Position numbers and translations under genes: made by a program. The notes under the pieces were generated by a model. That model ran no database searches and was not told the DNA's origin. It saw only the letters and a program-made list of their open reading frames with translations. Positions 1 through 9,847 of a stretch of DNA of 64,000 nucleotides are shown piece after piece; position 1 is the first letter of the stretch, and every line of letters starts with the position of its first letter. The stretch is from Candidatus Hermodarchaeota archaeon (GTDB lineage Archaea; Asgardarchaeota; Hermodarchaeia; Hermodarchaeales; Hermodarchaeaceae), in the NCBI GenBank assembly GCA_016839805.1, contig JAEOTO010000031.1, forward strand, positions 96,001 through 160,000. Reading direction: 5' to 3'.

Positions 1-43
1 TAGTATCCTCTTTCCGGATTTTTTTTAGCGCAATGAGTCGATA

Positions 44-406
44 TTAGGTAGATTGGAAAAGCCTTGCAAGCTCCTTTGCAGCTTGCTTAACCAGTAATAT
101 CATAGCACCTAAATGCTGCTTCTTAAAAATCGCGACGAGTGACATATCATCATTCACGCCATGTAATACAAGACTTCCTGCCTCTGTATCTAGGATAACT
201 CGATCCGGAGTCAGCGTGAAGAGTTTATTTGAGAGGTCGAGGGCAATACCAAGTAAAGAAGCCAGGCTTGCTGAAAGAAAGGTTTCTTCTACAGGAGCGC
301 GAATCCGTGCTGTCACCGGAATACCCGTTTTCATTAACAATACAACAGCCACTAGTCCCCCAGCACGTTCATCAAAATTTTCTAGCACCTGTTCGATATC
401 CGTCAT
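44..406 (-). CDS. Roadblock/LC7 (MglB-like) domain protein
   Basis: About 120 aa from the ATG at 406 (MTDIEQVLENF...), with a roadblock pattern: helix, 'GLVAVVLLMKTGIPV', helix, 'VILDTEAGSLVLHGV..MSLVAIF', 'LGAMILLVKQAAKEL'. Confidence 0.8.
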   Translation of the reverse strand: MTDIEQVLENFDERAGGLVAVVLLMKTGIPVTARIRAPVEETFLSASLASLLGIALDLSNKLFTLTPDRVILDTEAGSLVLHGVNDDMSLVAIFKKQHLGAMILLVKQAAKELARLFQST

Positions 407-577
407 CAAACGTTCCGCAACAACCGTCACGCCAAAACCTCCAACAAGACTCACTAAAGAAAACTAGAATCCACCCTGTTTAAGAGTTTGGGCAACCCCT
501 CCATTGTGCAGGTTTAAGGGAAGAACAATAATCCAATCAAACACGGACTCGTTGCATAGCACGGAGATTCCTTGATG

Positions 578-895
578 TTACAGAAGTGCAGCCAGTTCAT
601 TCGTCATTGCTTCCTTTGGCCACACCCCAACATGCGTCTGCACCGGCTTACCATCCTTAAACATGATAAGCGTAGGGATTGCTGTAATCCGAAACTTTTG
701 CGAAGTCTGCGGAGCCTGATCCGCATCAATCTTCGCGATCGCGACACGTTTTGCATCCACTTCCTTTTCAAGGTCTTCTAGAATTTTCGCCTGCAATTTG
801 CAGGGTCCACACCAGACTGTAAAGACGTCGAGTATGACAATCTCGTTTTTTTGAATGAATTCGTCGATGGTATCATCGGTGAGTTCTTTTGCCAT
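578..895 (-). CDS. trxA: Thioredoxin
   Basis: WCGPC active site, cis-Pro motif IPTL, FKDG, 105 aa. Confidence 0.95.
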   Translation of the reverse strand: MAKELTDDTIDEFIQKNEIVILDVFTVWCGPCKLQAKILEDLEKEVDAKRVAIAKIDADQAPQTSQKFRITAIPTLIMFKDGKPVQTHVGVWPKEAMTNELAALL

Positions 896-1062
896 ATAGG
901 GTTCCTCCGTATACCGGATTCTTAATGGTTTGAATAGAAAAGGATTGTGTACTTTCCGAAAAGGTGTTAGATTTCCAAGGAACTATTCGGAGTAAAATTA
1001 CCATAATTGATGATCGGATAAATGGTTTATTCTCTACGAAAACCGAAATGAATGCCCATAGT

Positions 1063-1584
1063 TTACGCGTTTTCGAGGAGGGTACGAATATTTAGTCCTT
1101 TACCAATCTCTCCTAGGTATCGAATGAAACTTAGGAGCAATTGGTCAAGACCGATGCCCCGGTGAGCTTGAGTGGGAAATACTGGTGCAGGAGAATTGAG
1201 AAGAGTCTTGATATGTTTAGCTTGGATCGCGCCGGGTAAATCTTGCTTATTAGCCGCAACAACAACTGGGGGGGGATTAGCCCCGAAGAGATCACGGAGG
1301 TATTGTTCAGCCTGGATGATTGTATGCGGGTTGGTACTGTCAACTACGAGAATAACGCCGTCGGTTCCAGATGAGAGGGCTTTCCGCACAAGGCTGAAGT
1401 GTTGCATGCCGGGACTGCCGAAGAGGTGGGCTTTTATGCCATTGTATTCGATGGTGCCAAAATCAAGACAGACGGTACTACCGTTAACATCTGTGGAGAT
1501 AGTGTGAGGGGAGACTTGTCTGATAAGGGTAGTTTTACCTACTGCATGAGGTCCCAGAAGGAGAATTTTCAGGTGCCGCATCAC
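1063..1584 (-). CDS. Small GTPase, MglA/ATP_bind_1-like
   Basis: P-loop GPHAVGKTT, TVCLDFG, G3-like LFGSPG, G4 NKQD. Confidence 0.85.
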   Translation of the reverse strand: MMRHLKILLLGPHAVGKTTLIRQVSPHTISTDVNGSTVCLDFGTIEYNGIKAHLFGSPGMQHFSLVRKALSSGTDGVILVVDSTNPHTIIQAEQYLRDLFGANPPPVVVAANKQDLPGAIQAKHIKTLLNSPAPVFPTQAHRGIGLDQLLLSFIRYLGEIGKGLNIRTLLENA

Positions 1585-1960
1585 GCTAGCCCCGCTGATT
1601 AAGCTCGTGAATGAGCTGTCTTAAGCCTTAAGGTTTATGCTCTCAAAGCCTAAGCATCTCTTCCAGGCTATGCAAACAATTTGTATATTTACAGTATTCG
1701 CGCGAATTTGACCGATTGGAAAGACTTTGGAGGGATGCTGGGGTTGGAAAAATGAATCGTTTCATGCGAGGAGGAGGGGAGGGTAAATAACGGGATAGGA
1801 GGGAGTTCCAATTTCCCCAACATCCTATCTCTGTTGTTTTGATTAATCCGGGTTTTTGTCGGTTTTTTACTCTTAAGCTTTATGGCATGAAACTGAATCT
1901 ATTCTTTTCTTAGTAAATGCGTAGAGGAATAGGTGATATGAGATTATTTTCTAGAAAAGT

Positions 1961-2290
1961 TCACTCTTCCACATAAACAACGGTTACATATTCAATGATG
2001 GCAAACCGGTCTTTACTACGGGAGATGAGTTTTAGGTCCTCACGAAGCGCGTTAAGATGAAGGAACCGTTTCAGATACGTGCGGAGCTGGGTTTTTGAGG
2101 GATGATTCTTATCGTCGCTCCTAACATAGACCTCGTTCTCAGCTAACGATATCGCGATGTCTTTAGAGAGTTTTTCACCGAGGAAGTTAACGAGGCCATC
2201 TCCAAGCTCACTACCATGATTGATTAGATCTTTGACCTCGATAGTGATGAAGGTCTTTTCCGGTTCTGGTTGGGGCTCTGCTTCAGACAT
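1961..2290 (-). CDS. rpl22e: 60S ribosomal protein eL22 (L22e)-like
   Basis: C-terminal SKTQLRTYLKRFLHLNALREDLKLIS resembles the eL22 signature (SKRYLKYLTKKYLKK..LRDWLRVV); likely start is the ATG at 2290 (MSEAEP). Confidence 0.7.
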   Translation of the reverse strand: MSEAEPQPEPEKTFITIEVKDLINHGSELGDGLVNFLGEKLSKDIAISLAENEVYVRSDDKNHPSKTQLRTYLKRFLHLNALREDLKLISRSKDRFAIIEYVTVVYVEE

Positions 2291-2342
2291 GACGGGTGTA
2301 TCCCACCAAAAGGCGAGTGTTATCTTACGAAAAGAATGCTCC

Positions 2343-2906
2343 TTATAAAGCCTCCTCTTCGTCACGCTCTAAGTTATTATTCAAAGGCGAAGTTGAGTGA
2401 GGTGGTAATGGTTGTGGGAGATCTTCATTGGGTTGGCGACGTTGTTGACGCCACCGGATAATGCTGGGGGCAAAGGCACCAAAAATTAGTGTGTAACCAG
2501 CATATAAAACAACAACCAGAAGATAGTAGAGGATGTTGAAGAAGGCAAGAACAAAACCCACAGCATATCCTAGAAGAAAGCCGGTGAGTGCTCGCATGGG
2601 GTTCCGACTTTCACGAATTTCTAATGTTTGAGTTGACCAATCAACAACAGCAGGAAGACTAAGAAGAAACGCTCCGAAGAAGGTTATGGGAGTCACGGCG
2701 ATGGGGAGGATGAAAAGATGAATGAAAAGCGCTGAAATGATTCCAACGAGAAGCGCTGAGCATCGAGCACAGATATGAAGGGTGTGACCACGTAAAGAGA
2801 TATGCCAGCAGCGGTTCAAATAGGGAGGCTCATGATGGCTAATGAGCAAGTGAAGTGTATTAATCATTCTTCGTTTCCACGACTTATTGGGAATACCTTC
2901 AGTCAT
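2343..2906 (-). CDS. DUF2085-family membrane protein
   Basis: HH..P...R, ICARC, P.VVDWSTQ..RES.NPMR.LTG motifs; about 4 TM helices. Confidence 0.8.
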   Translation of the reverse strand: MTEGIPNKSWKRRMINTLHLLISHHEPPYLNRCWHISLRGHTLHICARCSALLVGIISALFIHLFILPIAVTPITFFGAFLLSLPAVVDWSTQTLEIRESRNPMRALTGFLLGYAVGFVLAFFNILYYLLVVVLYAGYTLIFGAFAPSIIRWRQQRRQPNEDLPQPLPPHSTSPLNNNLERDEEEAL

Positions 2907-3028
2907 TACAACACCCTTAGATTTTCCGGAGATACACAGTTCCAGTGCATTAAAAACCCATTACACATCCTAGTTGATGGTTCACAATAAACATTTGGAA
3001 AACACAAAACTGTTCCAGGCGATATTTA

Positions 3029-3412
3029 ATGCCAGACTCTTCACCTCTAGCAGCAGCAGTGGGAATTGTGCTGAATAATAAGAAGCTGCTGGTCCTGGAA
3101 AATTCGGAGAGGCAACTTGAGCTTCCAGGGTTCATTATAACAGATGAAGAGAAAGCAGCAAAGAGTATTCACGAATTCATCCAGAGATTTAATCTCGATG
3201 GGCAACCACAACAAACGTTGTATCTAACTGCTTTTCGTCCAACAAAATCAACAAAGAAAACAGTACCTGCTATAGTTCAATTTGTACACCTAACAACCAC
3301 GCAGGAATTTGATATATCAAATACTTGGTATGAGCCGCTCACAAAACTCTTGAAGGACAAGCGAATAGCACCACTAACGCGAATCGTCACACAATGGCTG
3401 ACGTCGTATTAG
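3029..3412 (+). CDS. Degenerate NUDIX-fold protein
   Basis: N-terminal AAVGIVLNNKKLLVL...LELPG matches the NUDIX start, but the REx2EE box is missing. Confidence 0.45.
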   Translation: MPDSSPLAAAVGIVLNNKKLLVLENSERQLELPGFIITDEEKAAKSIHEFIQRFNLDGQPQQTLYLTAFRPTKSTKKTVPAIVQFVHLTTTQEFDISNTWYEPLTKLLKDKRIAPLTRIVTQWLTSY

Positions 3413-3416
3413 CAGA

Positions 3417-3923
3417 TTATGCATCTATTAAGATTCTGAGGAATTCTATACTGAAATAACCCTTTCGACGGAGTTCCTCTAAGGGTGTGTGCAACTTAAT
3501 TGAAATATAGGAAGCTGCCCCCTTCACCCCAACCATCGATTTATATTCTTTTTTGAATTCAGGAAATGAAGTTGTCATTGCAAGTTGTCCTGCCGCCTGT
3601 TCAGAAATACGAATGAACACATCCGATTGTAGACTTCGTTCATAAGACATCACTAAGGGCTTGACACCTTCTTTACTTAGTAGGAGAGCTTCACCACCCA
3701 CAATCAATTGTAATCGCGTATCCTGAAGCGCCTTCGTTTTGGCTTCCATATCCGCGTCCGTAATGATACCCTCTAATCGCGTGATAAATGCATGAACAGG
3801 ATTTGTCATTGAAACCAAACTACTCTCAGGTATATCGAGTCTTTCAGGAGCGGAAGGCTTAGCATGTTGTTGCTCAACGGTGTTCTCAGTTTTTTCTTTC
3901 TTTTTTCGTTTAAACCAACGCAT
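3417..3923 (-). CDS. Hypothetical protein (weakly SCP2-like C-terminus)
   Basis: Clean ORF, likely start MRWFKRKK; no firm motif. Confidence 0.55.
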   Translation of the reverse strand: MRWFKRKKKEKTENTVEQQHAKPSAPERLDIPESSLVSMTNPVHAFITRLEGIITDADMEAKTKALQDTRLQLIVGGEALLLSKEGVKPLVMSYERSLQSDVFIRISEQAAGQLAMTTSFPEFKKEYKSMVGVKGAASYISIKLHTPLEELRRKGYFSIEFLRILIDA

Positions 3924-4122
3924 ATCTTCATTCTCCAATACTCTCTATGATACCCTTTCCTTCACGATCATAAAGCCGCCTGAAGAGAAGACGTATGTCG
4001 CAATAAAAGCGTGTCGAACCAGAAGTCTTGGAAGCGCTTGGAAACCGGAAAATTCAGTAGATATTCTAAAAGAGCGGGCTTTAAAGGCAATCTTGTCACA
4101 ATAGTGAGTCGGTGATTAAGCA

Positions 4123-4395
4123 ATGACAAAGGTGGCTGAAATTGTACACTTTTTCGAACAGAAGATATCCTCTGTACTTACAGTGGATGGATTTCTCCCT
4201 GAAACGAAAAAAGACCGATTCGTCAAAGAAGGTGGCTTTTTCATTCGGGTCGCCGATGGCGAAGGTAATGCTCAAACCATCAAGGTTTCGGACACCGAAA
4301 TGACCACCCTTATTTCAGATATTTCTATGGCCCTTGAGAACCATCGTCGAGCAAAACTTAATTTATTCAAAGAAATTGATGAGCGCCAACGTTAA
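4123..4395 (+). CDS. Hypothetical protein
   Basis: 90-aa ORF with a GGTGA SD-like sequence upstream; fills the intergenic gap. Confidence 0.65.
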   Translation: MTKVAEIVHFFEQKISSVLTVDGFLPETKKDRFVKEGGFFIRVADGEGNAQTIKVSDTEMTTLISDISMALENHRRAKLNLFKEIDERQR

Positions 4396-4423
4396 TCTTC
4401 ACAAAGATGCATTGTACCAAAAT

Positions 4424-5107
<684 letters not shown>

Positions 5108-5271
5108 TTATCACTAAATTCATTTTTCGCGTCAGTAGTGAGTAGTAGATGGGTATAATCCTTTTCATCCGTTCAACAGAAACCTATTACGCAGTTGTTT
5201 GAGTGTTTTGTTGAATTATTTTTAAGTTGCGCCAAACAATGGGTACCTACCTTAACTGAGGTTGGATAAAT

Positions 5272-5640
5272 ATGTCTAAAGAGGATCAAATGTTAGAAGA
5301 ATTAAAGCGGATAAGAGAAGCCGTCGAACCAGCGCCTCCAAAACCGCCCGAAAAGAAAAACCTATGGCAAGAGTTCAAAGACTTTCTTAAAGAATACAGA
5401 GTAATGGGTCTAGCTGTAGCGTTCATAATGGCTCTGTACCTAGGACGCCTCGTCTCGCAATTAGTTGCCAGTTTCATAACACCGATCACATCAATCATTT
5501 TCATTAGTATCGGATGGGAAGCGCCACCAGTAACACCCTTTACTCCAACGCTGTTCATCCAAGAGCTAATCACATTCATCATTGTAGCTTTGGTCATCTT
5601 CATACTAGTCAAAATTACATCGAGATTAGGCATCGAATAA
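5272..5640 (+). CDS. mscL: Large-conductance mechanosensitive channel
   Basis: EFKDFL..YRVMGLAVAFIM....LV..LV..FI.PI; F..ELITFIIVALVIF. Confidence 0.88.
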   Translation: MSKEDQMLEELKRIREAVEPAPPKPPEKKNLWQEFKDFLKEYRVMGLAVAFIMALYLGRLVSQLVASFITPITSIIFISIGWEAPPVTPFTPTLFIQELITFIIVALVIFILVKITSRLGIE

Positions 5641-5736
5641 ACACTAATAATCGTTGGCGAAAATTCCACTTCGGAAGCCAATAACTCGAAATAAATAGTT
5701 GCCATAATATTTGAAATAGAGTATACTACGTTTGAG

Positions 5737-6258
5737 TCATTCTTCAAGGATGAATTCCCAAGCACACCACCATTCATCTGGATGTGGATCTGGGGGACAA
5801 CCAATACAGCGTGTCTTAATTCGTGAATCAATGGTGCGGGCAAATTCAGCATACTCAACCAAACCCACAGATTTACAGGGAAAATCAGCTAGACCCTTGC
5901 GTTTCCGTGCATCCTGGACGCGACATTTCTCCATGCGGAAAATGAATCGGGTGCTATTAATCTCCTCAATTGATTGTTTGTTCAAACGGGCATATACACG
6001 ATATTGTAGGGCTTGTTTAAGTCCAGCTAAACCGGAGTTAGGTTTTATACCGATTTCTTTCATTATTCGCTTCGCTTCAATAGGAGAAAATCGCCGCCAA
6101 GAATCAGTATCCAACTCTATCGCTGTATCAATATCGAACTTCTGCTCTGCTGCTAAAAACCAAGTGCCATCTATGGCTAACCAATTCTTGGCAAACATAT
6201 CAATGATGGTTAACAGCTCATCTCGACTAAGTTCTTCAAAAACAACTTGCTTTACCAA
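5737..6258 (-). CDS. DUF6125-family (V4R-like) protein
   Basis: WLAIDGTWF, CRVQDARKRKGL.DFPC, CPPDPHP..WCAWEF. Confidence 0.75.
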   Translation of the reverse strand: MVKQVVFEELSRDELLTIIDMFAKNWLAIDGTWFLAAEQKFDIDTAIELDTDSWRRFSPIEAKRIMKEIGIKPNSGLAGLKQALQYRVYARLNKQSIEEINSTRFIFRMEKCRVQDARKRKGLADFPCKSVGLVEYAEFARTIDSRIKTRCIGCPPDPHPDEWWCAWEFILEE

Positions 6259-6324
6259 AAAAGTGAAGCCTCCATGAATTCTATTGCTATGTAGGGATTT
6301 TAAACATAGCTGAAGTTAGAGTGA

Positions 6325-7287
6325 CTAGAAATCAATAGCTAATTGGAGTTCACGGACTAATTCTTTGTAGCGGTTTCGGACAGTGACTTCGGTTACCCGG
6401 GCCACCGCTGCGATTTCGCGTTGGGTCCGGCGTTCACCCTCCATGATAGCTGCAATATAAAGAGCTGATGCAGCAAGACCTGTAGGATCTTTACCAGCAG
6501 TAATTCCCTTTGCTTTGGCAGCATCAAGGATTTGGATAGCATTTCGCTGTACGCGGCTACTTAATCCGAGAGATTGAGAAAACCGTGGAATGAAGTTTGT
6601 CGGTTGAGAGACTGGCATTCGAACATCTAATCGTCTAAGCAGGAGACGGTAACATCGACCCAATTCTTTACGGTTAATTCGACTATGATACGCAATTTCG
6701 TCCAAGGTACACGGAGCTTCTCGAAGTCGACAAGCAGCGTACATAGCAGCGGCTATCATTGCATCAATACTACGACCTCGAATAAGTCGCCTTTCCAAAG
6801 CTCGGCGATACATCACAGCAGCGGTATCCTTCACGGTTCGAGATACACCTAGCTGACTGCTAAGACGATCTAATTCACTCATTGCGCTCGCAAGGTTGCG
6901 CTCAATACTTGAATGAACACGTGATCGACGCTGCCACTTGCGAAGCCGGTAAATTTCTGCACGTCGATTAGAATTAATTTGACGACCAGATGCGTCACGG
7001 TTACGCCAGTCAATCATAGTACTGAGATCATGATCCTGAAGAGCATAATTAATAGGACTACCTGTTCGGGCGCGTTTATCCCGTTCCTCACTGGTGAAAG
7101 CTCGCCATTCGGGCCCAGAATCTATGGCGTTAGTATCTAGAACTAACCCACAATTCGCGCAGGCGACTTCCCCACGACTCTCATCACGAATAGCATTAGT
7201 CGCACCGCAATCCGGACAGCGCTGGTGCTGCTGCTCCTCAAGGAAGTCGAGCCGATTTTTTTCATGAATTGGAGAATTTTCTTCCAT
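6325..7287 (-). CDS. tfb: Transcription initiation factor IIB (TFB), copy 1
   Basis: Zn ribbon CPDC/CANC, B-reader GPEWRAF..E...R.R.G.P, cyclin repeats with GRS and GKDP, C-terminal RTQREIA..ARVTEVTVRNRYKE. Confidence 0.97.
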   Translation of the reverse strand: MEENSPIHEKNRLDFLEEQQHQRCPDCGATNAIRDESRGEVACANCGLVLDTNAIDSGPEWRAFTSEERDKRARTGSPINYALQDHDLSTMIDWRNRDASGRQINSNRRAEIYRLRKWQRRSRVHSSIERNLASAMSELDRLSSQLGVSRTVKDTAAVMYRRALERRLIRGRSIDAMIAAAMYAACRLREAPCTLDEIAYHSRINRKELGRCYRLLLRRLDVRMPVSQPTNFIPRFSQSLGLSSRVQRNAIQILDAAKAKGITAGKDPTGLAASALYIAAIMEGERRTQREIAAVARVTEVTVRNRYKELVRELQLAIDF

Positions 7288-7451
7288 AACACATTCTTCC
7301 TACTATTATATGGAAAGGACAGGTTAGGAGGTACGGTCCTTTGTATCAAGGTGTCAAAATGCTTCCGAGTTACCCTGACGGTCCAAATGGACGTAATGTG
7401 GTAAGGCATCTAGCGGTAGATAGCAAAGTTCGCCGCGATTCTCATTGATAA

Positions 7452-7465
7452 CCTTATAAACTTTC
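7452..7465 (-). promoter_or_regulatory. Candidate BRE-TATA promoter for tfb copy 1
   Basis: Minus strand reads GAAAGTTTATAAGG, a purine-rich BRE followed by TTTATAA. Confidence 0.5.
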
Positions 7466-7566
7466 CCATTTATTTACTAGTAAAACAAATATTTAAGTGT
7501 TTGCCTTTTCGTTTCCACCTCAAACTGCACTAGGTTCGCCTGAGAAGCCGTCGAGGGCCGCTTTTG

Positions 7567-8535
7567 TCAAATTTCGACTTCAAGCCCAAGGACGCGAACC
7601 ATTTCCTTGTAGCGGTTTCGGACAGTGACTTCGGTTACCCGGGCCACCGCTGCGATTTCGCGTTGGGTCCGGCGTTCCCCTTCTTGGATTGAGGCAATAT
7701 ACAGCGTAGAAGCTGCGAGTCCCGTGGGGTCCTTGCCCGCAGTGATGCCCCGTTTTTTAGCCAAACCAAGGATGCTGATAGCCCGACGTTGAACACGACT
7801 ACTGAGGCTGAGTGCCTGGGCAAATCGTGGAACGAAATCGGTAGGTTGAGAGATTGGTACACGCATATCGAGCTTTCGTAAGAGGAGTCGATAGCACCGA
7901 CCCAATTCTTTGCGGTTAATTCGACTATGATGGGCGATTTCATCAAGAGTTCGAGGAACTTGACGCAGACGGCAACCAGCATAGATGCATGCTGCAATCA
8001 TTGCTTCGATACTGCGTCCACGAATGAGATGACGTTCGACCGTGCGACGATATAAAATCGCAGAAGCTTCTTTAACGGGTCGCGGAGCGCTAAGCTGACT
8101 AGTAATACGGTCTAATTCACTCATAGCCCGAGCCAAATTCCGATCAATGCTTGAATGCACACGTGTTCGAATTTGCCATTTTCGGAGCCGATATATTTGC
8201 GCCCGAAGTCCCGGAGCTAATTTACGACCATTCGCATCTCGATCTCGCCAGTCAATGGTGGTACTCAAACCCTTATCATGACGTGTATAATCAATAGGAC
8301 CACCAGTTCGGGCACGCTTATCGCGTTCTTCACTCGTAAAGGCACGCCATTCAGGACCATGATCCATCATATGGGAATCAAGAACTAATCCACAATTGGT
8401 GCAAATGACTTCACCACGAACAGGATCACGAATCGTATCGGTACCCCCACAATCTGAGCAACCTACGATAATCTCCGTGGGTTCCCGAGATCGTTGGGTG
8501 CGTGCATATGAACCGGTTTGAGCAGGATTTGCCAT
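7567..8535 (-). CDS. tfb: Transcription initiation factor IIB (TFB), copy 2
   Basis: Same motif set: CSDC/CTNC, GPEWRAF, HDKGLSTTIDW, RLRKWQ.R, GKDP, TEVTVRNRYKE. Confidence 0.97.
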   Translation of the reverse strand: MANPAQTGSYARTQRSREPTEIIVGCSDCGGTDTIRDPVRGEVICTNCGLVLDSHMMDHGPEWRAFTSEERDKRARTGGPIDYTRHDKGLSTTIDWRDRDANGRKLAPGLRAQIYRLRKWQIRTRVHSSIDRNLARAMSELDRITSQLSAPRPVKEASAILYRRTVERHLIRGRSIEAMIAACIYAGCRLRQVPRTLDEIAHHSRINRKELGRCYRLLLRKLDMRVPISQPTDFVPRFAQALSLSSRVQRRAISILGLAKKRGITAGKDPTGLAASTLYIASIQEGERRTQREIAAVARVTEVTVRNRYKEMVRVLGLEVEI

Positions 8536-8734
8536 TTCTATTCTACCAATGAACGTGATATTTGCACGGAGGCGACATAGGCTCTCCTTTTGACAGATTC
8601 CTATCTTATGGGAGGAGTCCTTGCAGGGATTCGTAATAAGGGGATAACCTCTCCGAGCTCATGATAAGACACATATGGAGAGTGAGAGACGGTGTTATAT
8701 CTAAGCGAGTAACCCCGCGCGATCCTACGAAACG

Positions 8735-8748
8735 TTTTTAAGGTTTCG
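8735..8748 (-). promoter_or_regulatory. Candidate BRE-TATA promoter for tfb copy 2
   Basis: Minus strand reads CGAAACCTTAAAAA. Confidence 0.4.
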
Positions 8749-8858
8749 AGGTATCCTTCGGAGCTTTTCCTAGTATATAAATGTTTATTATAAACTCATA
8801 TTTTACGACTAAAAACGAAAACCAGTCCCGAATAATCCAAACCAGCCACAGTGACCTT

Positions 8859-9725
8859 TCAGATTTGCTTCTCACATGCATTGCAGAAACGCGATCCACG
8901 GATAACCGTAGCGTTACAGTGGGGGCATCGCGATTGACCAGCAGGAGCTTTCTGTCCAGTTCCCTTAAGATGTTTCTTTACTTTACCTTTAAGCCCAGAA
9001 ATGGCTTGGGCGCTAGGAGAACTCCCCTTCGACGGAGGGGGCGCTTCTTCGACGGCACGTGGTGCTGGCATAGGTGGTGGTGCTTCCATAGCCGTTGGAG
9101 GAGTAACGGGTGGGGCTGAGGTCTGAACAGCGGGAATCGCAGATTCGGCGTGTGGGGCTGGAACCGGCGTAAAAGCAGGCTCTGGAGCCGTCACTTCCGC
9201 TTCAGGAGCAGTGACAACATGGAGGGGAGGTGAACGAGTGAAAAAACCACTGATACCAGTTACTAACAAGCCAATAAAGCCGACAAAGGCAGATGCTACA
9301 GCGAATTCAAGGAATAGAGCAATTACTGATACCCCACCAGCGATAATACGTAGTGTTTCAGCAATCCCTGAAAGAGCTCCGAGAAATGGGATGTATGTGT
9401 TGACAAAACCTTGAAAGGCAGTCCAAGCAGCTTGAATTTGGTCCATAGATAGTGGGCCAAATTCTGTACCAGTCAATAGCGACGCGTTAGCCGCAAGGAA
9501 AATCATGAAACCCAGGTAAATCAGAAATGAAAAGAGAAGGAGATGTAGCACACGATAGCGTCCTCCAATCCCGATTACTAGACAGCATAAGATAAACCCA
9601 GTTAGCGGTAGCCACATTGCAATTTCTAGCGGGATGAATGTCAATCCCGTTAGGATGATAAAAACAATCAGCATGATTATACCGGAAAGGACTGCGAGAG
9701 GACTGCGGTCCATTGGAAGCACCAA
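8859..9725 (-). CDS. Membrane protein with Pro/Ala-rich linker and C-terminal zinc ribbon
   Basis: About 5 TM helices, a PA-rich linker, C-terminal CPHC-x10-CNAC. Confidence 0.8.
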   Translation of the reverse strand: MVLPMDRSPLAVLSGIIMLIVFIILTGLTFIPLEIAMWLPLTGFILCCLVIGIGGRYRVLHLLLFSFLIYLGFMIFLAANASLLTGTEFGPLSMDQIQAAWTAFQGFVNTYIPFLGALSGIAETLRIIAGGVSVIALFLEFAVASAFVGFIGLLVTGISGFFTRSPPLHVVTAPEAEVTAPEPAFTPVPAPHAESAIPAVQTSAPPVTPPTAMEAPPPMPAPRAVEEAPPPSKGSSPSAQAISGLKGKVKKHLKGTGQKAPAGQSRCPHCNATVIRGSRFCNACEKQI

Positions 9726-9847
9726 TACCTAGCATTCGTATAGACCGTTATTAAGTGCTTGGGCAACAACTTGGAATTGCATCGGAAAAAGATATAAACC
9801 GCAATTACTATTGCGTCCTCATCCTGATTCGATTTGAATGGAGGTGT

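Noticed and set aside
5286-6277. Long antisense ORFs (5286..5858 -, 5732..6277 +)
   Set aside because: Shadows of mscL and the DUF6125 gene, with no motifs of their own
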